This document shows, one piece after another, positions 27,402-42,865 of a stretch of 64,000 nucleotides of DNA; within the stretch, counting starts at the first letter, position 1, and every line of letters begins with the position of its first letter. Under the pieces are notes generated by a model, which was not told the origin of the DNA, did no database searches, and saw only the letters and a program-made list of their open reading frames with translations. The stretch is taken from contig OZ024740.1 in assembly GCA_964016885.1 (NCBI GenBank), positions 429,102,001 through 429,166,000 of the forward strand. Direction: 5' to 3'. The position numbers and the translations under genes are program-made. The DNA is from Eledone cirrhosa. Taxonomy: Eukaryota.

Positions 27402-27573
27402 CATAAACGGAGAAAGCTAATAGTGATACTCCGGCCAAATTCCAACTCACTCAACAAACATTAGGAAATACCTGAGTATATTCCTAATTAAACGTTCGGG
27501 GTGCTAAACTATATTGTATTGTGTGGTGAATTGGCTATATCATTTCATATGAGATATATCAAATATATCTCTT

Positions 27574-27696
27574 CCCAGACGACTCGTTTCATTATAAGAT
27601 TTCTGCAAGGTGGGTGAAATTATACCAAGTTATGTAGAAGCTTGTATAAGATCAACAGATACTTATACAAGTGGGCTCTTATAATTCTTCAGTGGG
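27574..27696 (-). ncRNA. Type I hammerhead with about 80-nt structured insertion in stem II
   Basis: ccca-CTGAAGA-attataag[79 nt containing a 10-bp hairpin]cttataat-GAAA-cgagtcg-TC-tggg. Confidence 0.7.
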
Positions 27697-28279
27697 TGCC
27701 CAATAATATTAATATTGATAACCAAATCAACATCAATATTTAGCGATAATCACCATCAGTGCTTGAGGGAGCTGCTAGGTTGTTAGTCCAGCAGTTCTAA
27801 AGAAAGTCTCACATTGTCACGAAAATAGGAGGAAAGAGACTACCGCCAAAACAATACATACGCAGGTAGTTGAATTCCGATAAGAATTCAAGCCACGTGC
27901 TCAGAACTCAATTGGATATGAAAAAATAACCATATGTGCGCTTCGCTTAATGACCCATATAGATATTTTCTCGGGCAAAATAACAGAATGAGATACAAGA
28001 ACAAACAGTCAATATTCATATTTAAAAATATATATATATATATAAAAAATATATATATATATATATATATATATTCATTCATATATTTTTTTAATTTGTC
28101 TGACCCGAATTTTCTTGGTCGTATTTTTGGCTGTGCGAATGATTGTTTAAGCATCGTCTCAGTGTGTTGGTATTAAACGTTAGTTATGGGTCTGGTTTAT
28201 CCGAACTATTGAGCACTTTGACATACATTTCGAAGATTGTATTTCGTTACTTCGTGGGCTGAAGTTCCGATTCTCGATA

Positions 28280-28316
<37 letters not shown>

Positions 28317-28491
28317 ATTCACTTTAATTAGTTTATTTCATGCTAGCTAACTTTGTCTCTTACAATACAAACACGTTTTGTGTTTATCATATATATTAAT
28401 ATATAACTTGTATTTCACTGCTCAGAAATGCCTCTTTCTTTGAGCTGATTAATTGTAAACGACTATGAGTTTAATCTCTAAATATAATATA

Positions 28492-28825
<334 letters not shown>

Positions 28826-28909
28826 CAGAAAGAAAGAGAGGGGCGGAGGACTGGTGAAAGATATCTCGGTCAATTTAATGTAGAGTTAACTGTCTTGGTT
28901 CTTTTGTTT

Positions 28910-28944
<35 letters not shown>

Positions 28945-29085
28945 GATATTAAATAAATGGAAACTATATTTATAAAATCATATTTATTTCATTATATATA
29001 TTTCAGGGATATCATATTAAAAATATGGTATGCCTTCATCAGACAAAATACAATATAAACAGTCTTATAAATAGATAGATTTGAC

Positions 29086-29123
<38 letters not shown>

Positions 29124-29653
29124 GATAGACAGATAATAGGAATAGGCAGACAAATGTAGATGGGAAGAAATATAAACGTATGCTTCCAGCTTCCTGCAAT
29201 GAAAATGTCAAAATTTTGTTTTTAATTTCATGCTAATATTCGTAATATTCGGAAAATATGTTGTGGGAAACAAAGTCAGGTTGGGGAAGTATACGGTTAT
29301 TTTAGGTACACACACACAGACACACACACATACTAATATACTCTACTGTTCCAAGTATTGAGTGCTCTATTGAGTAATGGTATCACTAGTTTAAAACGGG
29401 TTCTTTCCTCATATATATTGTGTCACTATTACCTTACTTATTGTGATTACTCTGAGGAATAATTTATTGATTACTTTCTCATTGGGTGCTTTATGGTAGC
29501 CTTCTAAAATTGATTGCGAATCTCCTACTTGCAGCTGCAACTTCGGTTATACTCATTATTATATATATATATTGGAAAATGTGTTTGATCCTTGGTACAG
29601 TTAGGTATATTTGAAAAAAAGGAAAAGAATGACTTCATTTGTAGTTCTAAATA

Positions 29654-29700
<47 letters not shown>

Positions 29701-29987
29701 TGTATGTATGTATGTATGTATGTATGTATGTATGTATGTTTGTGTGTGTGGGTAAGTAACTGTGTCACAATATACATAATATCTCAATTAAAAGAGATTG
29801 CTAAAATAATCTCATTCAGAGAAGCAAATACATATAGAACATCTTATTGGAAATCACTGGGATAAAAACAGTTATCCTTACCGCGGTTTTAAAATCCAAG
29901 GAATAACAGATAGCCCTTCAATAAATTGATAAGGCCACCGTTAACAGAAGGGACTTCTCTTCGGAGGATTTCTTCTGTAAGGTATAA

Positions 29988-30026
<39 letters not shown>

Positions 30027-30033
<7 letters not shown>

Positions 30034-31351
30034 TTTACCACCATCACCGAAGCCGAGCAGGATGTGATCCTCCATGCACGTAAGACTTTTCTTTGCCATG
30101 ACAGATCCCACTGGATCAACAAAAAATCTGAGACCCCCTTCGACGTTAGCATGGGTGCTAGCGACTCGGCTGAAATAAGTGACCTTGTGGGTCTGTTCAT
30201 CCTCCACAGGTTGAAGACCCTCTTCACAGGCCTCTCCGGCGGTCTCTACCGAGATGACGGCCTCTTTGCCCTCCACAAAATTAACCCCAGGACCACGGAT
30301 GGGTTCAGGAAAAACCTTTACACCTTTAAAAACTTAGGCCTTAGGATTACCTTAGATTCGAACTTAACTAAAGCTAACTTCCTAGACGTTACCCTCGACT
30401 TAGAAACTTCCCTTTACTACCCGTACCACAAACCTAATGAATCCCTTAGATATATAGACGTTAATTCTAACCACCCCAAAAATATATTAGACAACCTAGT
30501 GAAAAGTGTCTCCATTAGGATATCTAGCCTCGCCGCCAATGAAGATATCTTTAGAGCAGCAGCCCCCTATTACAACGAGGCCCTGGCCCGCAGCGGCTTT
30601 AGAGATAAGATCACCTACCTTAGTATAGCCACACGCCCACCCAGGAAGAATAGGCGAAGGCACATTAGCTGGTACAACCCCCCCCCCCTTCAACCGCGAA
30701 GTTTCAACACCTGTAGCTAAAATTTTCTTCATTCTCTTACAAAAACACTTCCCCACCCAACATAGGTACTATACAATCCTTAATAAGAATACCATCAGAC
30801 TCTCCTACTCTACCACACCTAATCTAGCTAGGAACTTAGCCAACAATAAAGTCAATAAGCTAAATAAGTCTACTTTTTCCGAAGCCCATCCAGCAACCGA
30901 TGGCAATTGCAATTGCCCTGATAAGACTACTTGCCCCCTCAACAACAACTGTCTAAAAAAAGATCTCGTCTATATATACGATGTACTCTCAGGCCCTGAT
31001 GAAAAAAGAAACTCGTACATCGGGATGACTTCTAACAGTTTTAAGACTCGCTGGTACGCCCACACACATTCGTTCCGGCGCCCAGACAAATCTAACCAAA
31101 CAACACTCGCCGCCCATATCTGGCACCTTAAAAGGAACTCCATCCCCTTCAAGACCCAATGGAGACTACTCCAGAGAGCGCGATCTTACACGGGAGGCCA
31201 TAATTACTGTGACCTCTGTATCTCCGAGAGCTATGAGATTCTATTCGCCAAAGGCCCTCTCCTCAACAAGATCTCGGAACACTCCCCTAATTGCATGCAC
31301 AAGAACTATGCAAATTACAAAAACTACAGACCCACCCGGCTCCCCGATTGA
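30027..31351 (+). mobile_element. Penelope-like retroelement (Naiad-type) ORF: reverse transcriptase + Cys-rich linker + GIY-YIG endonuclease, 5'-truncated, one +1 frameshift
   Basis: RT motifs FDVSMGASDSAEISDLVG, GLYRDDGL, NFLDVTLDL, YHKPN..YI...SNHP and WYNPP are present. After the C11 run at 30678-30688 the next frame stays open to TGA at 31351 and reads CNCPDKTTCPLNNNC, LVY..YIG, FKTRW..H..SF, LAAHIWHLK, CDLC..E, LLNK..E...CMH. Starts abruptly at a (TA)n tract. Confidence 0.93.
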
Positions 31352-31576
31352 CCCCCCCCCCCCCCCACCACCACCACCCATATCACCCCCCCCGTCCCCC
31401 ATCCCACTTCCGTCCCTCCATCTCTCATTATTACCTTCTTTCCTTCCCTCCAAGTCTTTATATTGTGTTGTATGCCTCTGAGTAAGGTTCCGTGGCCGCA
31501 CACACACTTTCACGTATATATCTGCTCATGCTTGCATTCGTGCAGTTATGAACTGCTGCACGCACACGTTCGAGAT

Positions 31577-31619
<43 letters not shown>

Positions 31620-31956
31620 TTTGTTTCTTTATTTGTTTATCTGTTTGTTTGTTTGTTAGTTAATTCATTTATTTATTATTTAATAAGTGAATGATTAAAT
31701 AATGAATAGATAAAAGATAAAAGATAGGTAATAAATAGTGAATGGTAAATAATAAATAAATAATTATTATTTACTTGATGATAATATTAATAATTTAGTA
31801 GTGATAATAAATATTTTAATATTTTATCAGGCTCAGTTTATAATTTGTCCCACTAATTTTTCCCAATATATATAGATACATATATGTGTGTGAACGAGTG
31901 CGTGTATGTGTATATGTGTATGTACTTGTATGTGTGTATGTGTATATATGTGTATA

Positions 31957-32028
<72 letters not shown>

Positions 32029-32032
<4 letters not shown>

Positions 32033-32460
32033 AAAGAATAGAGGTGTAACACACAAGTTATTATATATTGGTAAACGGAATAGAAAATGCTGACAAATTG
32101 TTCACAGTTGAAAAATGGTTTAATTAGGAATAAAAGAGTATTAGTGATTGTATGGGTTAGTATTCAGTTGTGGTTTTAAGTTTTTAAGTTTTTACCGGTT
32201 GCGCATTTCTAAATGCTTTTCAAAAATAATTTTGAGATAGAGTGTCCGTGCTGTTTGTTCTGATCTGAGCAAACAGCATGGACACTCTATCTCAAAATTA
32301 TTTTTGAAAAGCATTTAGAAATGCGCAACCGGTAAAAACTTAAAAACTTAAAACCACAACTGAATACTAACCCATACAATCACTAATACTCTTTTATTCC
32401 TAATTAAACCATTTTTCAACTGTGAACAATTTGTCAGCATTTTCTATTCCGTTTACCAAT
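32029..32460. mobile_element. ~195-bp-arm foldback insertion with variant hammerhead
   Basis: 32067-32260 is inverted at 32267-32460. TTGAAAA-gcattt/ag/aaatgc-GCAA-ccgg-TA at 32304-32334. (TA)n on both sides. Confidence 0.85.
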
Positions 32461-32475
32461 ATATATATATATATG

Positions 32476-32547
<72 letters not shown>

Positions 32548-33010
32548 ATGTATGTGTTTGTGTGTGTTGTATGTATGTGTATGTATGTGTGTGTATATGT
32601 ATGTATATGTATGTATAGAATAGTTTATACCGAGAGACATACATACATGTATATACATATATATATGTGTATGTATATATGTGTGTGTATGTGTATGCGT
32701 GTGTGTGTATATGTGTGTGTATGTGCTTTTTTGTGTGTGTGTATATATATATATATATGTATAGATATACATATATATGTGTGTGTAAGTGTTTATGTAT
32801 GTGGTTGTGAGTATGTAAATATATTTTATTCTTTTCATTCTACAAAAACACTCTGGCCACCTGTAGCTTGTATGTTAACTTGACCACTCACCATAGAACA
32901 ATGGTCTGTGCCATGATTCGGTCTTGTTTATCTTCTAATACCAACCCACCTAAAAAAATTTCCCTACTATATATCTGTTGAATTACTATTCTTGGGGTTT
33001 TTATTTATTT

Positions 33011-33053
<43 letters not shown>

Positions 33054-33261
33054 CTTTTTCTTTTTCTTTTTCTTTTTCTTTTTCTTTTACAAAAGCACTC
33101 CGGCTAATTGACCACTCCCCAAAGAAAAAACGGTCTGTGCCATGTTATGGTCCTGTGTATCTAAATACCAACCTACTCCAAAAATCCACCCACCCCCCCA
33201 GCCACCACCCCTCCCTTACCACTACCTAAATGTATAAATACCAGAACTTAATATGACACCC

Positions 33262-33312
33262 AGCTTCCTGAAGATTTCATCTGAATGAAACAGTTCTAGT
33301 CCTGTAGAAGCT
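33262..33312 (+). ncRNA. Type I hammerhead ribozyme
   Basis: agcttc-CTGAAGA-t-ttc/atct/gaa-t-GAAA-cag/ttctagtc/ctg-TA-gaagct, followed by AATAAA, the bulged hairpin and (TA)n. Confidence 0.8.
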
Positions 33313-33399
33313 CCTTCTATACAATAAATATATTTTACTCTGCCATGTATTAAGTACCTTACTTACTGTGGTTATCCCCGACTCAACCCGGGACCTACG

Positions 33400-33464
<65 letters not shown>

Positions 33465-33500
33465 CTGTGTGTGTGTGTGTATGTGTATGTGTACACTTTT

Positions 33501-33619
33501 CTCCTGAGGAAGGGCTTATGCCCAAAACGTCGTTCCCCACCCACCCCTCACTCCCAAGAGCGTAAAACTAATAAACCTTTGTTTGTACTGCCTCTCTGTT
33601 TTCGTTCCCGTTCGAATTT

Positions 33620-33625
<6 letters not shown>
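33501..33625 (+). mobile_element. Penelope-like 3' end with degenerate hammerhead
   Basis: CTGAGGA-a-gggc/ttat/gccc-AAAAC (G of GAAA mutated), then AATAAA, then (TA)n. Confidence 0.5.
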
Positions 33626-33663
<38 letters not shown>

Positions 33664-33668
<5 letters not shown>

Positions 33669-33873
33669 ATAATAATAAATGTGAAGACTAAAATCCAAAG
33701 AGGGCTCGATAAGGATAAATATATATCAAATATATAAGAACCGTAGAGCAAATGTTTATTAAAATAACAGATTAAAGTTTAAGCAAAGAATCGGTGCTTT
33801 CACCTTTAACGGGATCTTCTGAAACTCGTTAAGGGTGAAAGCAGCGATTCTTTGCTTAAACTTTAATCTGTTA

Positions 33874-33880
<7 letters not shown>
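33664..33880 (-). mobile_element. Foldback insertion homologous to 54135-54300
   Basis: Arms at 33758-33811 and 33827-33880. The loop contains part of the degenerate core (CAGAAGA-ccc..ggg-GAAA). Confidence 0.75.
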
Positions 33881-33920
<40 letters not shown>

Positions 33921-33928
<8 letters not shown>

Positions 33929-34548
33929 CGTAAAATAAGAAAATTATAAAATCAACTTACTAAAATTTCACTCCAACTAATTAGTTTCTGAAAGGGAATA
34001 AACATAGTTTCCGAAGAAACGTACAGAGAAGCCTTTCGTCATCAGGGAAGTCTATTCTCAGCTAAGTTTCCAGGCAATACGTGGACACAGGGAACTTATA
34101 CAAAAATAATTCAGTGGATGGAAAAAAGCAAAGCGTGGGCTAAATTCCAAGCCATTGAAAAAATCACTGCCTACTGCGTCGGTGGCAAATTCAAAAGAAT
34201 CAGTCACGTGACATCGAGGTCAATCATTGAAGAGTGATTTGTTAAGAAGACAGCAGCCGGACCGTTACTATGAACTATAGTAGCAATTTTGGCCAATTTT
34301 TGCTCGACAAAATAATTTGGAGCTAATTAATATATCTAGTAACATATATATACACAGATGCATACTTATGCTAGCAAATATATAGGTTTTGTCTTAGTAA
34401 CTTTGTGGTTCAATGCATGGGGATGCAGAACAATAATATGAGAGACGTAAAATAAGAAAATTATAAAATTAACTTACTTACTAAAATTTCACTCCAACTA
34501 ATTTCACTCCACTGAATTTGCCACCGACGCAGTAGGCAGTGATTTTTT
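33921..34548 (-). mobile_element. ~517-bp retrozyme-like element with terminal direct repeat and hammerhead (33970-34051)
   Basis: 33921-33982 is repeated at 34438-34503. Minus strand ttcc-CTGATGA-[long stem II region]-GAAA-ctaattag-TT-ggag. A short inverted internal piece sits at the 5' junction. Confidence 0.75.
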
Positions 34549-34591
34549 TGGTGCGTTATGGTCCACCTGGTTCCTTACCACATATCCTCCG

Positions 34592-34654
<63 letters not shown>

Positions 34655-34702
34655 AATGAAAGTATAGAAATTATTATAGCAAGAAGCCAACAGTATTCCA
34701 TA

Positions 34703-34769
<67 letters not shown>

Positions 34770-34772
34770 GTA

Positions 34773-34856
<84 letters not shown>

Positions 34857-34904
34857 TATGGAATACTGTTGGCTTCTTGCTATAATAATTTCTATACTTT
34901 CATT

Positions 34905-34993
<89 letters not shown>

Positions 34994-35181
34994 CGGAGGA
35001 TATGTGGTAAGGAACCAGGTGGACCATAACGCACCAAAGTACTCAATACTTAGGGTAGTAGAGTGGGTAATAGGAACAAGTAGGACCCCGACGGCTGAAC
35101 TCAAGCCGTTTCGACGGCTAATTCTAGTCCAGAATTAGCCGTCGAAACGGCTTGAGTTCAGCCGTCGGGGTCCTACTCGTT

Positions 35182-35185
<4 letters not shown>
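34547..35185. repeat. Nested inverted repeats: compound IR 34547-35038 centred on (TA)n, plus hairpin 35071-35185
   Basis: Direct reverse-complement matching. The hairpin arms carry the 3' half of a hammerhead (GAAA-cggct/tgagttc/agccg-TC-gggg). Confidence 0.85.
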
Positions 35186-35251
<66 letters not shown>

Positions 35252-35263
35252 TATAAATACATA

Positions 35264-35296
<33 letters not shown>

Positions 35297-35487
35297 AAAC
35301 CTGTTAGTTCTTTCGTTACTTTGGTATTGTGTGTTAGATTTTGCCTACCACAATGTTCAATTTGTCAAGCTATTTAAACGTATGTTATTACTCTGAGGAC
35401 CTACCTTGTCGAGTGCTTTGCTAACTCATTCATATCGTAGGTCGAATTTGCTTGCACACCACCAAGGACTCGATTTACTAAGCCTCC

Positions 35488-35527
<40 letters not shown>

Positions 35528-36494
35528 TAATAGAATTGTGTCCATTCTTCATTGAACCCACTCGGTGTAAGAAAATAATCCTGTCGTTTAAATGGACAAA
35601 AACAACACTATATAAGCAACACTAACAGATTTATAGTGTCTCTATGACCTATGCTAGAGCAGGCTTTGAAACCTTAGGTAAGAGGCAGCTGTGTTGAGAA
35701 ATTATTTATAATAATATACTTTATCTCTGTACTTAACAGAGCGCTTTATTTCGTTTATCTATTCTACGGAAACTCTTGACACTATGTGTGCGTGTGTGTT
35801 TGTGTGTGTGTGTGTGTGTAAATATATACATAACTACGATGTAGTCTGACTTTGTTTCCTGATAACTTCCTTCATAATCTCTATTTTGCAGACATTATGG
35901 TATGTGTACATAAGAAATATTTTATCAAAACTGAAACAAAGAAGTCCCTCCACCTCACAAAATATACCAACAACTCTCTTATATTAAAACAAAGGATTGA
36001 GAAACCTCATTCGTTTATAGAAAACATCTTCTCTGGTTAAACATTGTTACAATAACTATACAAACTTACATACTTTTATAAATATACTGAAACACACATA
36101 CACACACAGATATCTACACATACACACATATGTACACACAGAGATATACACATATGTACACAGACACAGACACACACACACACACACACAGATATCTACA
36201 CATACATACACATGTACACAGACACACACATACACACATACACACACAGATATCTACACATACATACATATGTACACAGACACACACATACATACATAGA
36301 TATCTACACATATACACATATGTACACAGACACATACATACACACACAGATATATACACATACACACATATGTACACACGTATTATCATATCTAGACAGT
36401 GCACTGTTTTAAGCCGTGTTTATATATATACATCCACTTATGACCACATAAACAGACTATATTTGCATGGGGGGGGGGGGGGGTGATAAAAGTA

Positions 36495-36730
36495 GAGGTG
36501 TAGGTAAGGGCTTGTGGTAAAGTTGATAGACTTCCGATCATAATGTCGTGGGTTCGATTCCTGGGCTGTGTGTTGTGATCTGGAGCAAAACATTTCATTT
36601 CACGTTACTCCAGTATACTCAAGTGAAAATAAGTACCAGCAATAGCTGGGGGTTTAAACCTGTGATAGACTGTCACCCTGTCTTGTACTCTCAGTCCCTT
36701 CACGCCATGAAAACCGGGATAAGCACTGTT
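36495..36730 (+). mobile_element. tRNA-derived SINE family B
   Basis: GGGTTCGATTCC B box and TGAGCAAAACA..TTTCACGTT.CTCCAGT core. A 23-bp direct repeat lies at 36401-36423 and 36723-36745. Confidence 0.7.
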
Positions 36731-36905
36731 TTAAGCCGTGTTTATGTCATAGCTATCTCAGTGCCCGCGAGAGATTGCCAGACATGTCTGGACTTTTACC
36801 TATTATAGATGATGTCTACTCACTCTGTACTGAGACAAGAAAAAGCTATAGCTTATATACTTTTTTCTTCTTTATGAAACATCGGCTGGAGATGGTCATT
36901 TCGAA

Positions 36906-37072
36906 ATAATTGTTTCTACTTTTGGCACAAGACCAGCAATTATCCCAGTGTATTACTGGTACTTTTATTTCATCGACCCCGTAAGGATGAAAGGCAAAGT
37001 TAACCTCGGCGGGATTTGAACTCAGATCATAAAGCGCCGTAACTCTATGCTGCAAAGCATGGCGCCCGACCC
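36906..37072 (-). mobile_element. SINE family A
   Basis: Reverse complement of the family consensus. Confidence 0.85.
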
Positions 37073-37916
37073 TAAATAATGCGAACTCGACCCGCTAGAA
37101 TTAATTAGAAGTAGCACTAACATAGTGTAGTTCATAAAGTTTGAACAATATGCAAATGAGCATCCGGTCGGTGTATCACATGCAAAAGATTATATATGAG
37201 GGTGGTAATTGGAGTGATTCTAGAGCTGTGAAATATTGCATACATTATTTATCAAGTATAATCACAATCTCCAATCACTGCAATGTTACCAGAAAACCAA
37301 GGTCGGGTGCCGTATATCGACCAACAGTCTTAGTGATACTAGAGCTGTGATTCATTTCAATTCTTATTAATAACTGTTTGTTTATTTCCAGGGACTACGT
37401 TGAAAAATAAACCCCATTGGTCATATTATGAACTTTCCATGCGACTCTCATAAGTTATATCTTATACTTGTCTCAGTACTGAGTAAGTAAACGTCACCAC
37501 TGGTCTTTGACAAGGACTACATTATTTTACGCTTTATGCATACATTCCCATTTCATAAGACAGAGAATGTGATTTTTTAAAGGTTTTGCTGCTATTTCTA
37601 GTATAACAAGTGACCAGGCAGAGGCTCTGGTAATAGATGTTTGGTGTAAACAGTATTACGATTATGAAGATTAAAGTTTTGAAAAAAAATTACAATTTTC
37701 ATTGAAGGAAGCTAGAAGAATATTTATAGAAGTCTAGAAGTATATTTCTACCTATCTATCTTTCTGTCGTCTGTCTATCTCCCTATCTACGTCTTTTGAT
37801 TGTCGATAAAGGTCTACTGAATGGTGTTTTCTATGTGGCTGTTTGACTTGCTAGAAATAACAGTCAAATCTCCAGCATATCAAGTGCCACATGCATAAAA
37901 AGTAAAAAGTAAAAAA

Positions 37917-38181
37917 AAATACGGTATGGCCCCAGCTGGAACATCATAAGTGAGTGTGATAAGGGCTGATCTGGTGCTAAAAAAATACTGTATGGCCCCA
38001 GCTGGAACATCATAAGTGAGTGTGATAAGGGCTGATCTGGTGCTAAAGAAATACTGTATGGCCCCAGCTGGAACATCATAAGTGAGTGTGATAAGGGCTG
38101 ATCTGGTGCTAAAGAAATACTGTATGGCCCCAGCTGGAACATCATAAGTGAGTGTGATAAGGGCTGATCTGGTGCTAAAGA
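37917..38181. repeat. 66-bp minisatellite, 4 copies
   Basis: AAATACTGTATGGCCCCAGCTGGAACATCATAAGTGAGTGTGATAAGGGCTGATCTGGTGCTAAAG repeated. The ORF shows a 22-aa period. Confidence 0.95.
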
Positions 38182-38454
38182 ATAACTCCAAAAACGAGTG
38201 AATAAGAGAGCTTCTATATTGTTGTTGTTGTGACAGCTCGCACCTATGTGTGTGTGACAGCTCACACCTATGTGTGTGTGTGTGTGTGACAGCTCACACC
38301 TATGTGTGTGTGTGTGTGTGTGTGACAGCCCAGACCTATATGTGTGTGTGTGTGACAGCCCACACCTATATGCAGGTTTAGCTGGCCTCCTTCCAAGGTA
38401 TATCTCGGTGGAGGTGTCTTGGGTAATTTAATGATAGAGACCCCAGTCCCTATC

Positions 38455-38590
38455 ATCTTATTTCTACAGCTGAGTAAACTGGAGCAACGTGAAATAAAGT
38501 GTCTTGCTCAAGGAAACAACACATCACTCGGTCCGAGAATTGAACTCACAACCTTTCGATTGTAAGCCCAATGCTCTAACCAATAAGCCT
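38455..38590 (-). mobile_element. SINE family B fragment
   Basis: Reverse complement reads GAGTTCAATTCTC..TTGAGCAAGACACTTTATTTCACGTTGCTCCAGTTTACTCAGCTG. Confidence 0.7.
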
Positions 38591-38959
38591 TCTATATAGG
38601 GACTCTATCTGGAAAAAAATGACAGCTAAATCACTCTCAGTCCTACGTAGTCCGAGGTAGACTATTCCTAAAAATAAAGATGGCTCAATGTTCTGCTTGA
38701 GTAAGATTAAGCTCAAGTTAAATACCCACAGCAACAACAGTCTCTTGTCCTCTTCTCGTTATACCTATTAAGTAGCCAAATCCCCTCAAATCACACGTTA
38801 CTGTCTTCAAACACCTTTAATCATAGGTCAGATGTGTCAGGACTGACCTAGGGTTAAACAACAACAATATTAACTCTATAATCAATACCAACAACAACAG
38901 AATTATCAACAACTCAATTAACAAAATCTCCAACAATAGCTGGCTACACTCTTGCTCAA

Positions 38960-39269
38960 ACTTCTCTCTCTCTCATTCTCTCTTTCACTCTCTCTCCCTT
39001 TGTCTTTCACCCACTCTGCTTCTTTCTCTTCCTCTTTCTCTCTCTCATTCTCTCTCTCACTCTCTCACTCTCATTCTCTCTCTCACTCTCTCACTCTCAT
39101 TCTCTCTCTCATTCTCTCTTTCAATCTCTCTCTCTCTCCGTTTGTCTTTCACTCACTCTATTTCTTCCCCCCCCCTCTGTCTCTCTCTCTCTCTCTCTAC
39201 CTCTGACTATCACTCTATCTCTCTATCTCTCTCTCTCCCTCCCTCTTACTTTCACCCCCTCATTCCCCC

Positions 39270-39333
<64 letters not shown>

Positions 39334-39345
39334 CTCAGCATCTCC
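38960..39345. repeat. (CT)n-rich low-complexity tract
   Basis: Direct reading. Confidence 0.9.
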
Positions 39346-39484
39346 CTCCTTAACTCTCCTATCCCCCACCCCACCCTAGCTCTCCTACTCCACTCAATCC
39401 TGAAATCAATATTAAGAGGTTCTCTTCAATTTTTAGCTTCATTAAGATTTATTCAGTTCAGCTGCAGTGAAGTGGCCAGGTGGG

Positions 39485-42050
<2,566 letters not shown>

Positions 42051-42193
42051 AGGGGACGAGGGGAAGAGGTACAAGGTGATGGTGGTGGTGGTGGAAGGGG
42101 ACGAGGGAAAGGGGTACAAGGTGGTGGTGGGAGGTGGTGGGAGGATAACTATAATGATGCTAAGAATAAAATAGGATAAGGGTTGATTATTAT

Positions 42194-42385
42194 TGGATTG
42201 GCAGTATCAGTAGAGGGTCGGACGCCATGCTTTTGCAGCATAGAGTTACGACCTTTTATGGTCTGAGTTCAAATCCCGCCGAGGTTGACTTTGCCTTTCA
42301 TCCTTACGGGGTCGATAAAATAAAGTACCAGTAATACACTGGGATAATTGCTGGCCTTGTGCCTAAAGTAGAAACAATTATTACT
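42194..42385 (+). mobile_element. SINE family A
   Basis: Full-length match to the family consensus. Confidence 0.85.
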
Positions 42386-42469
42386 GCTATTAAAATTATC
42401 ATCATCATCTTCTTGGGATTCTCATGGCCTTGATAATGATGATGGTTATTGTGATGATGATTATAAGCA

Positions 42470-42796
42470 GGAGGAGGAGGAGGAGAAGAAGAAGAAGAAG
42501 AAGAAGAAGAAGAAGAAGAAGAAGAAGAAGAAGAAGAAGAAGAAGAAAAGAAGAAGAAGAAGAAGAAAAAGAAAATGAAAAAGAAGAAGAAGAAGAAGTA
42601 GAAGAAGAGGAAGAAAACGAAAACGAAAAAGAAAAAGAAAAAGAAGAAAAAGTAGTAGAAGAAGAAGAAGAAGAAGTAGAAGAAGAAGAAGAAGAAAAAG
42701 AAGAAGAAGAAGAAGAAGTAGAAGAAGAAGAAGAAGTAGAAGAAAAAGAAGAAGAAGAAGAAGGAGAAGCAGAAGAAAAAGAAGAAGAAAAAGAAG
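42470..42796. repeat. (GAA)n purine tract
   Basis: Direct reading. Confidence 0.95.
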
Positions 42797-42865
42797 TCAA
42801 TGATGATTGTGTTTTTTTTTTGTTGCATTAAGGAGAAGAAATACAAGAAAAAAGTGAAATCGTTG

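Noticed and set aside
37392-37482. Possible exon (TTTCCAG...GTAAGT)
   Set aside because: The donor lies inside an inverted-repeat arm, and there is no coding support.
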